This document shows positions 34,690 through 47,700 of a stretch of 64,000 nucleotides of DNA, piece by piece. Each line of letters starts with the position of its first letter. Positions within the stretch are counted from its first letter, which is position 1. Made by a program: the position numbers and the translations under genes. Below the pieces are notes generated by a model that saw only the letters and a program-made list of their open reading frames with translations, was not told where the DNA came from and did not search any database. This DNA is from Macrostomum lignano (lineage: Eukaryota): positions 124,001-188,000 of the forward strand of contig NIVC01001141.1 of assembly GCA_002269645.1 (NCBI GenBank), written 5' to 3'.

Positions 34690-37600
34690 TGACGCTTCTT
34701 TTTACGTTTGTAATTGTCTCTTTTATGTTTGGCATGGTGGCTCTTTTATGTTTGACATGGTGGCTCTTTAATGTTTGACATGGTGGCTCTTTTATGTTTT
34801 ACATGGTGGGTCTTTAATGTTCGACATGATGGCTCTTTAATGTTTGACATGGAGTCACAAATATGTTTGACCTGGTGGCACTTTACTGTCTGCAATGATG
34901 GCTCTTTAATGTTTGACATGGAGTCACGTATACGCTTGACATGGTGACTCGTTAGTGTTCGACATGGTGGCTCTTTAACGTTCGATATGGTGGCTCTTTA
35001 ATGTTCGACATGGAGTCACATATATGTTAGACATGGTGGCTCTTTAATGTTCGACATGGAGTCACATATATTTTAGACATGGTGGCTCTTTAATGTTGGA
35101 CATGGTGGCTTTTTAATGTTCGACATGGTGACACTTTAATGTCTGAAATGATGGCTCTTTAATGTTTGACATGGAGTCACGTATACGCTTGACATGGTGA
35201 CTCGTTAATGTTTGACATGGTGGCTCTTTAACGTTCGACATGGTGGCTCTTTAATGTTAGACATGGTGGCTCTTTAATGTTTTACATGGTGGCTCTTTTA
35301 TGTTCGACATGGTGGCTCTTTAACGTTCGACATGGTGGCTCTTTAATGTTTGACATGGAGTCACATATATGTTGGACATGGTGGCTCTTTAATGTTGGAC
35401 ATGGTGGCTCTTTAATGTTAGACATGGTGGCTCTTTAAATTTTTTTCATGGTGGCTCTTAAATGTTTGACATGGTGGCTCTTTATTATTTGACATGGTGG
35501 CTCTTTAATGTTTGACATGGTGGTTCTTTAATGTTCGACATGGTGGCTCTTTAATGTTCGACGTGGTGGCTCTTTAATCTTCGACAAAGTGGCTCATTTA
35601 CGTTTGACATGGTGGCTCTTTAATGTTTGACATGGTGGCTCTTTAATGTTTGACATTGTAGCTCTTAAATGTTCGACATGGTGGTTCTTTTACGTTTGAC
35701 ATGGTGGCTCTTTAATGTTTGACATTGTAGCTCTTAAATGTTCGACATGGTGGTTCTTTTACGTTTGACATGGTGGCTCTTTAATTTTCGACATGTTGAC
35801 TCTTTTATGTTTGACATGGTAGCTCTTTAATTTTCGACAAAGTGGCTCTTTAATGTTTGACATGGTGGCTCGTTAATGTTTGACATGGTGGCTCTTTAAT
35901 GTTTGACATGGTGGCTCTTTTATGTTTTACATGGTGGGTCTTTAATGTTCGACATGATGGCTCTTTAATGTTTGACATGGAGTCACAAATATGTTTGACC
36001 TGGTGGCACTTTACTGTCTGCAATGATGGCTCTTTAATGTTTGACATGGAGTCACGTATACGCTTGACATGGTGACTCGTTAATGTTTGACATGGTGGCT
36101 CTTTAATGTTTTACATGGTGGCTCTTTTATGTTCAATATGGTGGCTCTTTAACGTTCGACATAGTGGCTCTTTAATGTTCGACTTGGAGTCACATATATG
36201 TTAGACATGGTGGCTCTTTAATGTTGGACATGGTGGCTTTTTAATGTTCGACATGGAGACACTTTAATGTCTGAAATAATGGCTCTTTAATGTTTGACAT
36301 GGAGTCACGTATACGCTTGACATGGTGACTCGTTAATGTTTGACATGGTGGCTCTTTAACGTTCGACATGGTGGCTCTTTAATGTTAGACATGGTGGCTC
36401 TTTAATGTTTTACATGGTGGCTCTTTTATGTTCGACATGGTGGCTCTTAAATGTTTGACATGGTGGCTCTTTATTATTTGACATGGTGGCTCTTTAATGT
36501 TTGACATGGTGGTTCTTTAATGTTCGACATGGTGGCTCTTTAATGTTCGACGTGGTGGCTCTTTAATGTTCGACAAAGTGGCTCCTTTATGTTTGACATG
36601 GTGGCTCTTTAATGTTTGACAAAGTGGCTCTTTAATGTTTGACATGGTGGCTCGTTAATGTTTGACATGGTAGCTCTTTAATGTTCGATGTGGTGGCTGT
36701 TTAATGTTCGACAGAGTGGCTCTTTAATGTTTGACATGGTGGCTCTTTAATGTTTGACATGGTGGCTCGTTAATGTTTGACATGGTGGCTCTTTAATGTT
36801 TGATATGGTGGCTCTTTTATGTTTGACATGGTGGCTCTTTAATGTTCGACATGATGGCTCTTTAATGTTTGATATGGTGGCTCTTTAATGTTTGACCTGG
36901 TGGCACTTTACTGTCTGCAATGATGGCTCTTTAATGTTTGACATGGAGTCACGTATACGCTTGACATGGTGACTCGTTAATGTTTGACATGGTGGCTCTT
37001 TAATGTTTTACACGGTGGCTCTTTTATGTTCAATATGGTGGCTCTTTAACGTTCGACATGGTGGCTCTTTAATGTTCGACTTGGAGTCACATATATGTTA
37101 GACATGGTGGCTCTTTAATGTTGGACATGGTGGCTTTTTAATGTTCGACATGGTGACACTTTAATGTCTGAAATAATGGCTCTTTAATGTTTGACATGGA
37201 GTCACGTATACGCTTGACATGGTGACTCGTTAATGTTTGACATGGTGGCTCTTTAACGTTAGACATGGTGGCTCTTTAATGTTTTACATGGTGGCTCTTT
37301 AATGTTTTACATGGTGGCTCTTAAATGTTTGACATGGTGGCTCTTTAATGTTAGACATGGTGGCTCTTTAATGTTTTACATGGTGGCTCTTTTATGTTCG
37401 ACATGGTGGCTCTTAAATGTTTGACATGGTGGCTCTTTATTATTTGACATGGTGGCTCTTTAATGTTTGACATGGTGGTTCTTTAATTTTCGACATGGTG
37501 GCTCTTTAATGTTCGACGTGGTGGCTCTTTAATGTTCGACAAAGTGGCTCCTTTATGTTTGACATGGTGGCTCTTTAATGTTTGACATGGTGGCTCTTTA

Positions 37601-38490
37601 ATGTTTGACATTGTAGCTCTTAAATGTTCGACATGGTGGTTCTTTTACGTTTGACATGGTGGCTCTTTAATTTTCGACATGTTGGCTCTTTTATGTTTGA
37701 CATGGTAGCTCTTTAATTTTCGACAAGGTGGCTCTTTAATGTTTGACATGGTGGCTCGTTAATGTTTGACATGGTAGCTCTTTAATGTTCGATGTGGTGG
37801 CTGTTTAATGTTCGACAGAGTGGCTCTTTAATGTTTGACATGGTGGCTCTTTAATGTTTGACATGGTAGCTCTATAATTTTCGACATGTCGGCTCTTTTA
37901 TGTTTGACATGGTGCCTCTTTAATGTTTGACATGGTAGCTCTTTAATTTTCGACATGTCGGCTCTTTTATGTTTGACATGGTAGCTCTTTAATGTTCGAC
38001 AAAGTGGTTCTTTATTGTTAGACATGGTGGCTCTTTTATGTTTGACATGGTGGCTTTTTCACGTTCGACGTGGTGGCTCTTTAAAGTTTGACATGGTGGC
38101 TTTTTTATGTTTGACATGGTAGCTCTTTAATGTTTGACATGGTGGCTCTTTAATGTTCGACATGTCGGTTCTTTTACGTTTGACATGGTGGCTCTTTAAT
38201 GTTCGACATGGTGGTTCTTTTACGTTTGACATGGTGGCTCCTTAATGTTCGACATGTCGGTTCTTTTACGTTTGACATGGTGGCTCTTTAATGTTCGACA
38301 TGGTGGCTCTTTTATGTTTGACATGGTAGGTCTTTTATATTCGACATGGTGGCTCTTTAATGTTTGACATGGAGTCACAAATATGTTTGACATGGTGGCT
38401 TTTTAATGCTTGACATGGTGGCTCGTTTATGTTTGGCATGGTGGCTCTTTAATGTTCGACATGGTGCCACTGATATGTTTGACATTGTGC
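34690..38490. repeat. 3.8-kb satellite of 23-bp units (GACATGGTGGCTCTTTAATGTTT) with higher-order structure
   Basis: Diverged monomers; a diagnostic variant block recurs at ~34872, ~36000 and ~36897. Confidence 0.95.
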
Positions 38491-38545
38491 TTCTTTTATG
38501 TGTAGCAGTTTCATGTTTTCAAGGTGTTTTAATAAAAAAATTATT

Positions 38546-38614
38546 TTGCACTACTAAGATTCGAACCCAGGTCGCTACATTAGCATTCCAGTCTGTTCGC
38601 ATCTGGGCTATCTC
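38546..38614 (-). other. Degenerate tRNA-derived sequence (SINE head or tRNA pseudogene)
   Basis: Minus strand has an A-box-like TAGCCCAGATGCG and a B-box/T-arm CTGGG-TTCGAAT-CTTAG; no clean acceptor stem. Confidence 0.6.
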
Positions 38615-39419
38615 TTTTCAATTGGAGTACATCAATTGTGGCCCTTATAATTCAATTCTTACAGCAAGTCAATTAGAGTAAAAAGTTATGACATAATCAA
38701 TTTCTCAGTCAGCCAGTATCAGTTTCAATTCAAGTTAGCAATATTGGTTACGCAATTTAAATCAAGTCGTGTGTGCATTTCTTCGGCACTGTTTTCTACT
38801 TGTTGTGATGCAATCTTTATCAGAATTGAAATTCAGTCAGTCAGGTTTTTTTCTAGCATTCTTACAATGCATTTCAAGTCGAAAATTTTGCTTGACCTTT
38901 GCAAAAAAGCATGTTTTTCGAATATTTAATCCCTTTAATATATAGCAATTTCTTAGCCAAGATGCATGTACCGTCCCAGGAAAATTTCTGATCGAATGGT
39001 GCAAGTTTGAAGAAAATCGGTTGAGCCAATTTTTCTGAAATCTATCGCATACCCACAGACAACTCATTTTTAGTATATAGGATATTGTTGCAAGTAGGTC
39101 CGGAACAATCACTTAACTAAGTTGCTGCTATTTTTGCGAGTAACATTCACCCGAGTTTCCATGGGGAACCGCTGCTGCCGGAGCTGTCGGAACTGCCGGT
39201 AAGCTGCTCACCCTGCAGTTTGTACTGGGGCCTCAAATCCCCGGGTGCGACAGCATTCGGTGCCTTTTGGGCGCCCCGTCTGGAGGTGGAATGCCTGCAA
39301 AGTTCGAAATGCAAAAATTTCGTTTCTTGGAAGTGGGGTTTCACCATAGACAAAACACCTTGTCCTTTGTGCGCGCCCCCGTCTCTTAGGTGGGTGCGCC
39401 TGTCTCTTAGGTGGGCGCG

Positions 39420-39725
39420 CCTTCTCTAGGTAGCCCCCCTTCTCCAGGTGGCCCCCCTTCTCCAGGGGCGCCCCTTCTCCAGGTGGCCCCCCTTCTCCAG
39501 GGGGCGCCCCTTCTCCAGGTGGCCCCCCTTCTCCACCCCTTCTCCAGGGGGTGCCCCCTTCTCCATGGGGTGCCCCTTCTCCAGGTGGCCCCCCCTTCTC
39601 CAGGGGGTGCCCCCTTCTCCAGGTGGCCCCCCTTCTCCAGGGGGTGCCCCTTCTCCAGGTGGCCCCCCTTCTCCAGGTGGCCCGGTGGCCCCCCTTCTTC
39701 AGGTGGCCCCCCTTCTCCAGGTGGG
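39420..39725. repeat. C-rich repeat (CCCCTTCTCCAGGTGG/GGGG variants)
   Basis: Visible degenerate tandem array; G-tracts on the minus strand. Confidence 0.85.
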
Positions 39726-40599
39726 CGCCGCTACCTCTCGGTGTTTGCATAGATGCCCTGTCCAAGAGATGGCTTGTTGGCGTCTTCTGTTTTGCTTTTG
39801 GAAGGATTCAGTTTTGGTGGGCTATTGGGGCCGCGGCCCCTGCAGTCTGTTGCTATCTGGAGCCAAATGAAACTCCTCAGTATGCATTTTAGCTGGTTGC
39901 AAAACTATGCACAGTGGAAGAACATCAATGAGCCGAATCCGCTGCGGAGATCGCGACTGCCATGCTGCTGCAGACACAGCGGCCATGTACAAATGTACGT
40001 CTGCTGCCAAGACTATAGCTGCAGCAGCTGTGCAAAGCATTATTGGTAAGTCAGGCGCGCACCTCTGCTTGTTTGAGCAGTTCGGTCTCTCTACTCGAGG
40101 ATTTTTTTCAAGCTCCATCGTCTCGGGTTTCAGCGTGAAGAGCAGCGATGTCAGAAGGTTGCGCCAGAACTGCTGCTGCAAGCACTACTATGCCACCTTC
40201 GTGAACAGCGACATCGAGATAACGTAGACTTTGCTCATGTTCAACCGGACCTGTCGCATGTGTCTCGCTAGCACCTCAGAAGGTTCGCTCTAAAAGGTTT
40301 TTCAGAGCGAGCAAACACCCGAGTTTACTCTTTCATAAGTCAATAATTTCAGGCCTTACTAACTACGCATCAAATGCATGTAAATGAAAACATTGCTTTG
40401 AATGCCACAAAATTTTATAAATAAAAATCTTCGGCAATTTGCAAAAATTTTATCAACTTTATTTACGTTGCTTGGACAGTTTTTAATTAAAATTTGTACG
40501 ATACTACTGAAGAAATGTCATGCAAACTTTAGCCAACACGAATCACAGCAAAACAAGCACTCAGTATGCCTTGCATGATGAGTATCACGCTAAGTAGCT

Positions 40600-41590
40600 G
40601 ATATGCATGTAGTTGATGTACGTGTAGCTGATGTACATGTAGCTGATGTACGTGTAGCTGATGTACATGTAGCTGATGTACATGTAGCTGATGTACGTGT
40701 AGCTGATGTACATGTAGCTGAGGGTGGGTTTCACAAACGCGAAATTTCATAACCGCTAAAAGCACTTGCTTTCATAAACGCGAAACTTCACAAACGCGAA
40801 ACTTCACAACCGCGAAACTTCACAACCGCTAAATCACCTACTTTCATAAGCGCTAAATTTCATAAACGCGAAACTTCACAACCGCTAAATTTTTTGCTGT
40901 CACTTTCACAAACGCGAAACTTCACAACCGCGAAACTTCACAAACGCGAAACTTCACAACCGCTAAAAATTTTGCACATACTTTCATATACTGCAGTCTT
41001 TTTAGCGGTTGTGAAGTTTCGCGGTTATGAAGTTTCGCGGTTGTGAAAGTAGATGACATTTAGCGGTTGTGAAGTTTCGCGTTTGTGAAGTTTCGCGCTT
41101 ATGAAAGTGGGTGATTTAGCGGTTGTGAAGTTTCGCGTTTGTGAAAGTAGATGACATTTAGCGGTTGTGAAGTTTCGCGTTTGTGAAGTTTCGCGCTTAT
41201 GAAAGTGGGTGATTTAGCGGTTGTGAAGTTTCGCGTTTGTGAAGTTTCGCGTTTATGAAAGTGACTGCAAAAAAATTAGCGGTTGTGAAGTTTCGCGGTT
41301 ATGAAGTTTCGCGGTTGTGAAAGTAGGTGATTTAGCGGTTGTGAAGTTTCGCGGTTGTGAAAGTAGGTGATTTAGCGGTTGTGAAGTTTCGCGGTTGTGA
41401 AATTTCGCGTTTGTGAAAGCAACCCGTAGCTGATGTACATGTAGCTGATGTACATGTAGCTGATGTACATGTAGCTGATGTACATGTAGCTGATGTACAT
41501 GTAGCTGATGTACATGTAGCTGATGTACATGTAGCTGATGTACATGTAGCTGATGTACATGTAGCTGATGTACATGTAGCTGATGTACAT
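40600..41590. repeat. 15-bp minisatellite (GTAGCTGATGTACAT)n split by the foldback insertion
   Basis: Arrays at ~40600-40721 and 41426-41590. Confidence 0.92.
40722..41425. mobile_element. 704-bp foldback/MITE element with GGGT.. termini and 8-bp TSD GTAGCTGA, inserted in a 15-bp minisatellite
   Basis: Left end GGGTGGGTTTCACAAACGCGAAATTTCA versus reverse-complemented right end GGGTTGCTTTCACAAACGCGAAATTTCA; internal subrepeats switch orientation near 40990; the flanking (GTAGCTGATGTACAT)n phase is offset by 8 bp. Confidence 0.85.
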
Positions 41591-43434
41591 CTCGCTTATG
41601 CTTTCTTAGTAATTGTTGTTGATGAAGTCTCATCAAATCGCTAGATCATTGAAATAGCGATTCTGTTTACAGTAAATACGATGATGTAAATACGATTTTG
41701 TTTACAAAGTCATTAACCGATTTCGTTGTTAATGCTGTGTTTAAATAGACTTTGAGGTTTTTTATGGACAGTTTATGCCATGCAGCTTTTTGTGAGCTCA
41801 CCAAGCCTCTTAGTACATGTACCCGAGCTGATAAGTATTTGCTTTGAAAGTTTTGCGTCTGCAAAAGCCTGATTGTGTAGCAAATACTGGCTTCCAAAAC
41901 CTGGAAATGTGCTCAGCTTCTTATCGCTACTCTGTCTACAATTTGATCATTATGAGTCTCCAAACACAGCTCGATTGCAGATTTTACTGAATTATCGGTA
42001 TTTCATACACACAATATAAGCTATTTAGTAGTAGCGGAGGCCGCCGAAATTATGCCCAGAACCGTCACAGCGCATTTGCACTGCCACAATGTGCTGTACT
42101 CAAAAGGAATGAATTTATACAAGGTACATCCGTCAATTTCAGGTCGTTTCCATGCTTGCATATCTATATTAGCTAAATTTTCCTTAACTTTTCCAGAACC
42201 TTCTCTACTGCTTTCAGTGAGTCTTTGCTGGTGTAAAAACAATTAAATCTTCCAGTCAAACGGCTCGCCAGCATCCGAGTTGCATCGGGCCCTCACAGCT
42301 CTGCTCAGCTCGAGAGCAATGAGCATCTGTAGCGCTCATCCCTCTGTCTGTGCCGTTCTCAACAGTTGCATCTGCATCGCGGTTTTCTTTCATTTCGATT
42401 TGCAACCCAGCAGTCTGAAGTGCCTCATTGTTTCAGCTGGTAGCCCTGCTGCAGTCAACTGAAAACTGTAGCCACTGCCAGCGCCAACCCTCCGCTGCTC
42501 TTTCCTCTCCACCGCTCATTCTCTCCCGCGCGTACGCAGCAAGAAAGTGCGAGAGCAGCCAGGCAGAGCGCAGAGAGGAGGGCAGGCAGGCAGGCAGGCA
42601 GGCAGTCCACCCTGTCTCTGGGTGGCGGGGGGGGGGGCAAAGTACAAGCAAGCGCGCGGCCACCCCATGGATGGCGGCGCATAAGAGCCACCCTGCGCTC
42701 CCGCTAACGCTCGTAAGCTCAGCGCAGGTATTCAGCTCCACTGGCACAAGGATATCGCAAAAAAATTAATTATGTAAGTTTTCACGCTCTCTAAAATTTC
42801 AAAATAACGCCCGAATCGGTCATTTCAAGCCTTGCAGTAGCGCGCCATTCAGAAATCGGCAACTTTAGTCAGCATTGACGCGCTTGTTAATTGTTAATTC
42901 AGTAAATCCTATGGATAGAAATGTGCAATTTTTTTGCTTTTCTACCTATATGAGAACTCAGATGGCAGAGCTGTCGGGCCTTTTGTAGTGAAGACAATTT
43001 TACCACCTACATTACTGAATGGTTAATTACTGTACATAAGTTACATTTAGCTCATGATGAGTAAAACCCATGAATTACAGGGTTAATTAAGCACATTCAG
43101 TAGATTATCATTTTATCTATTTTTAAATGGCAATTTCTCAAGAATTAAATCTTTTCTATAATTTTCAACAGATAGATAGTAAAGAACGAGTCACAAAACT
43201 TCTACAAGGCACCAAAATATTTCAAACATTCTACTGACAGTAGCAAACCTGGGCAGCAAGCGCTAAACATATCTGAATTATGCAAGCTAAAATTGCACAC
43301 AAAGTGAGATACATGTAGCAGCAGCGAGCCTTGTTGATTTTACTTAGCCCTACTAAAAGATATCCCTGTCGAAACATTTGGAACTCTACATCGAAACTAC
43401 CAAACCTGGTTCATTCAGATCCAACCCTGCAGCC

Positions 43435-46400
43435 ATGGACTCTGGCCAGCGACAGCAAGTTCAGGAGCTGCAGCAGGCCCTGATGCAGCTGGCCGCACTA
43501 TTCGGCGTGTCTGCTGACGATCTCCAGAGCGTCACAAGCATGTCATCGAGCGTGAAGAGCTTAATGGAGGCGGCGGCCGTAGGGAACAGGCAGCAGTGCC
43601 GCTCCCTGGTGCGCAAGGCCGGCGGCCCCAACGCTCGCGGCAACAAGGGCATCGTGGCGCTGCACGTGGCGGCGCACGAAGGCCAGTTGGAGGTGATGAA
43701 GGAGCTACTGGAGCTTGGAGCGGACATCGAGGCGGTGGACGAGGATGGCGACACGCCGCTCATCATGGCCGCCATGAACCGCCAGGACGATGCGGCCGAC
43801 CTGCTCATTGAGAAGGGCGCCAACGTGCGCCATCTCAACAACAAGGGCCTCTCCGCTGCCGACGTGGCCCTCGCAAAGCGCAACTTAAACATGGTTTACT
43901 CGCTGGAAGGCGTCTCGCACTGCCTGCAATACGACTCGGACATTCACGAGAAGACTCTCACGAGCGCCGCTCAGGAGGGCAACACCCGCGTGATCGAGTT
44001 CTGGCTGGAGCACAGCCCGAGCGCCGGGCCTACAACAGGCAGCTGGGGCAGAAGAGGACCATTGCATTCATCGCAGCCCTCAATGGCCACCTGGACATCA
44101 TCGAGCTGCTGGAGTCCAAGAGAGCCGATTTCGAGCTGACCGACGATCGCGGCAACACCCCGCTATTCTGCGCAGCACAGAACGACCATTTCGAAGTGGT
44201 CCAGTTCCTTCTGGACAAGCGCTGCAACGTGAACCACGAGAACTGCAACCGGAGGACACCGATTTTCTCGGCTGTGAACAATGGACACGAGGATATTGTG
44301 AGCCTCTTGATTCGCCATGGTGCCCGAGTTGACCACGAGGACGAAGACGGCAGGACGCCGCTGGAGTGCGCAGTAAAGCAGGGCTCCCTGCCGGTGTTTC
44401 AAATGCTGGTGGAAGCTGGCGCGGACCCGAAGCACGTGAACTCTCGGGGCTACGATCTCGCCATGGGCGCCGCGGACTCCTCCAATCTTGAAATTCTCAA
44501 GGAGCTTAGGAATCTGGGCGTATCTTTGACTCGCGTCAACACCAGGAATGGTGAGACGGCCCTTCTCGGCGCCTGCCAGGTGGGTCCGGATGAAGTCGTC
44601 AAGTACCTGCTGAAAGAGGGAAGTGACAAAAATCACAAGAACAGGCGCGGAATAAGTCCTGCCCTGCGAGCGGCGTACAATGGACTGACGGATGTTGTGT
44701 CTGTACTGGCCAATGCTGGAGCCAATATGGACATTGCGGACAACGATGGGGACACGCCGATTCTCTGCGCTGCCCAGCAAGGCAACCAGGAGATGGTGGA
44801 GCTCCTGCACGGCCTCGGCTGCAAGGTGTCGGCCAAGAACAACCGGGGCCGAACGCTCGTCTGGTTTGCGGCGAAGAGCGGCAACCTGGAGCTGGTGGAG
44901 TTTCTGAAGGACATTGGCGCTCCCATGGACGCTCCAGACGCCAACGGCAACACTCCGCTGATGATAGCGGTGATGGACGGCTCCAACCCCGATTTGGTCA
45001 GCTACTTGGTGCGCTGCGGCTGCAGCGTGAGGAAGCAAAACCAGAAGGGAGAAAATGCAGAGGCTCTCGCTAAAAAGGCGAACCAGCGGGCCATCCTGAC
45101 AGTGCTGACGGAGACCAAACGGGAGCCTGGAGCCAGAGAGAAGATGACTGAAAGCGGGTTCCTGCGTAGGAGCCGACCGCAGCCGCCAAAGCCGGAGATT
45201 GATCAGGAGCCAATGTAAGTGCAAGCTGGAATTCAGCTCCAATACCCTATGTAAGTGCAAGCTGGAATTTAGTTCCAATACCCAATGTAAGTGCAAGCTG
45301 GAATTTAGTTCCAATACCCAATGCAAGTGCAAGCTGGAGTTCAGTTCCAATGCCCAATGTATTGTAATATGTAAGTGCAAGCTGGAGTTCAGTTCCAATA
45401 CCCAATGTAAGTGCAAGCTGGAAATTCAGCTCCAGTGAACTTGTGATCATCTTCTGTCTTATGTCGCAGATATCCTGGTGCGGGCCTCGATGCGAGCTTC
45501 AAGAGGTGGAACATCATGTGCGAGAATGACGGATCCAAGAAGCCGATTGGCGAGGGTGGCTTCGGCAAGGTGTACAAGGCCATCACGGACAAGCACCAGT
45601 TCGTGGCCGTTAAGGTTGTGCAGCTGCGGGGCCTGATGAGCGAGCAGACGACTCGCATCGTGTCCCAAGAGAAGAAGGGCATCGAGATCCTCAGCGGCCT
45701 GAAGCATCCCAATATCTTGGTGTTCCTCAAGTGCGAACAAGCTCCGAACGGCGACTTCTGCATCTTCACGGAGCTCATCTCCGGTGTCAGTCTGTGCGAC
45801 TTGATGAGGCGCCAGAAGCAGCCATTCGAGGAGGCTGGAATCTGCAAATTTTCACGCCAGGTAACTAAAACGTTTTTTGTGAGATTTTATGCTCAGTCAA
45901 AGTTAATATTCGCTGAGAACTGTGAAAGGGATTTGATTATACGCGTTCATACCTGTCACTTGTCTAGATTTGCGATGCCTTGAACTTCCTGCACAGCCGG
46001 AAGGTGCTGCACCGAGATATCAAGTGCTCCAACATTATGCTTTCCAACGAGGGCATCATCAAGCTGATCGACTTCGGCCTGGCTAAGGAGATTTTCACCA
46101 CCACGGTGGCCTACTCGAGCTCCAGCCAGTGCGGCACGCTGTGCTTCATGGCGCCCGAGCTGCTGGACTGCAGCGCCGACCGCGTGATTTACTCCACCAA
46201 GTCTGATGTGTGGGCCTTCGGCTGCACAGTGTACGAGATGGCGTGCATCCTCCCGCCCAACTGCCGGCTGCCGCAGGGCCAGATGATCAACGCCATCGTC
46301 TCCAAGCCCATGCCGGATCTGCCGTCCAAAGCCTCCAGGAACCTGCGAGACTTCTACGCCAAGTGCGTCATCAAGGACCCGAGCACGCGGCCCAGCATGG

Positions 46401-46438
46401 AAGGCCTCCTGCGGCACCCTTTCCTGGCGGGCCGCTGA
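43435..46438 (+). CDS. Ankyrin-repeat Ser/Thr protein kinase (exons 43435-45214, 45470-45860, 45968-46438; ~880 aa)
   Basis: Many ankyrin motifs (GDTPLIMAA, GNTPLFCAA, GRTPLECAV, GNTPLMIAV); kinase motifs GEGGFGKVY, VAVK, HRDIKCSN, DFG, GTLCFMAPE, DVWAFG; phase-compatible splice sites; 1-nt frameshift near 44026. Confidence 0.9.
45210..45435 (+). repeat. 36-bp minisatellite that begins at and includes the splice donor of the ANK-kinase intron 1
   Basis: (CCAATGTAAGTGCAAGCTGGAATTTAGTTCCAATAC)n. Confidence 0.9.
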
Positions 46439-47092
46439 GGCCAAACATTGTGGGCTGCCATCGTCTCAAACTGCTCCCGTATCAGCCTTAACTCTTCATT
46501 AACTATTTCAAAACGGACATGGCTGTGCTTTCACAGTTAAATTCCCCTTCCATCGGAAGCTTTTTCATTTACCAGAAGTATGTAAGTGTTCAGACTATTC
46601 AGAGAGTAGGGGTGGGGACTCGCTCCGCTGCCGTAGCTTACGAGTTTCTGTTGAGAGACTCGGATCGATTACTCATTACTAATTTCTACCCGCAAGTGAG
46701 CTATGGAAGCCGAGACGACGAGAGTTGTCGAAGCTCAAGTCTTGGATACCGTTTCCGTGCCATAAAAATGTCAGAATTTTTATTTTTAACACATAACTCA
46801 TCCTAACTGCTAATCCTGACTTCCTGGAGACACTGAGCCAATTCAAAACCCGATTGATTATTTAGATCGGCTCGATTCTCTCTGTAAAAAGATTTTCCAC
46901 TACTGTCATTGCACCCATTTTTATTGATGATATCTAGCAACAGCCCGTCAGTGTTTTCTGTGCCGTAAAAAGCTTTTGCACATTGCTAAAGTACGTCGCT
47001 AAGGTACGGGCGACTCAATTACCCAAAATTATTCGCCGTCTACCATATTTAAAAAAATTTGGACTTCCACGCTTGAGTATTATGCACCGGAA

Positions 47093-47700
47093 TGACTCAG
47101 ACTGATGCTGCATGACTGAAACTGATGCCTCATGACTCAGACAGATGCTGCATGACTCAGACAGATGCTTCATGACTGAAACTGATGCCTCATGACTCAG
47201 ACAGATGCTTCATGACTGAAACTGATGTCTCATGACTCAGACAGATGCTTCATGACTGAAACTGATGCCTCATGACTCAGACAGATGCTTTCATGACTAA
47301 AACTGATGCCTCATGACTGAAACTGATGCCTCATGACTCAGACAGATGCTTTCATGACTAAAACTGATGCCTCATGACTGAAACTGATGCCTCATGACTC
47401 AGACAGATGCTTCATGACTGAAACTGATGCATCATGACTCAGACAGATGCTTTCATGACTAAAACTGATGCCTCATGACTGAAACTGATGCCTCATGACT
47501 CAGACAGATGCTTCATGACTGAAACTGATGCCTCATGACTCAGACAGATGCTTTCATGACTAAAACTGATGCCTCATGACTCAGACAGATGCTTGATGAC
47601 TGAAACTGATGCCTCATGACTCAGACAGATGCTTTCATGACTAAAACTGATGCCTCATGACTGAAACTGATGTTTCATGACTGAAACTGATGCCTCATGC
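47093..47700. repeat. 20/21-bp two-variant minisatellite (TCATGACTGAAACTGATGCC / TCATGACTCAGACAGATGCT)
   Basis: Visible alternating units. Confidence 0.92.

Noticed and set aside
39750-40300. GC-rich, coding-looking segment with short ORFs on both strands
   Set aside because: No recognisable motif, interrupted by stops, no convincing splice pair.
47093-47700. Possible hammerhead array (CTGATG and GAAAC words in the repeat)
   Set aside because: The core reads CTGATGC, not CTGATGA, the order and spacing are wrong, and no stems I-III can form.
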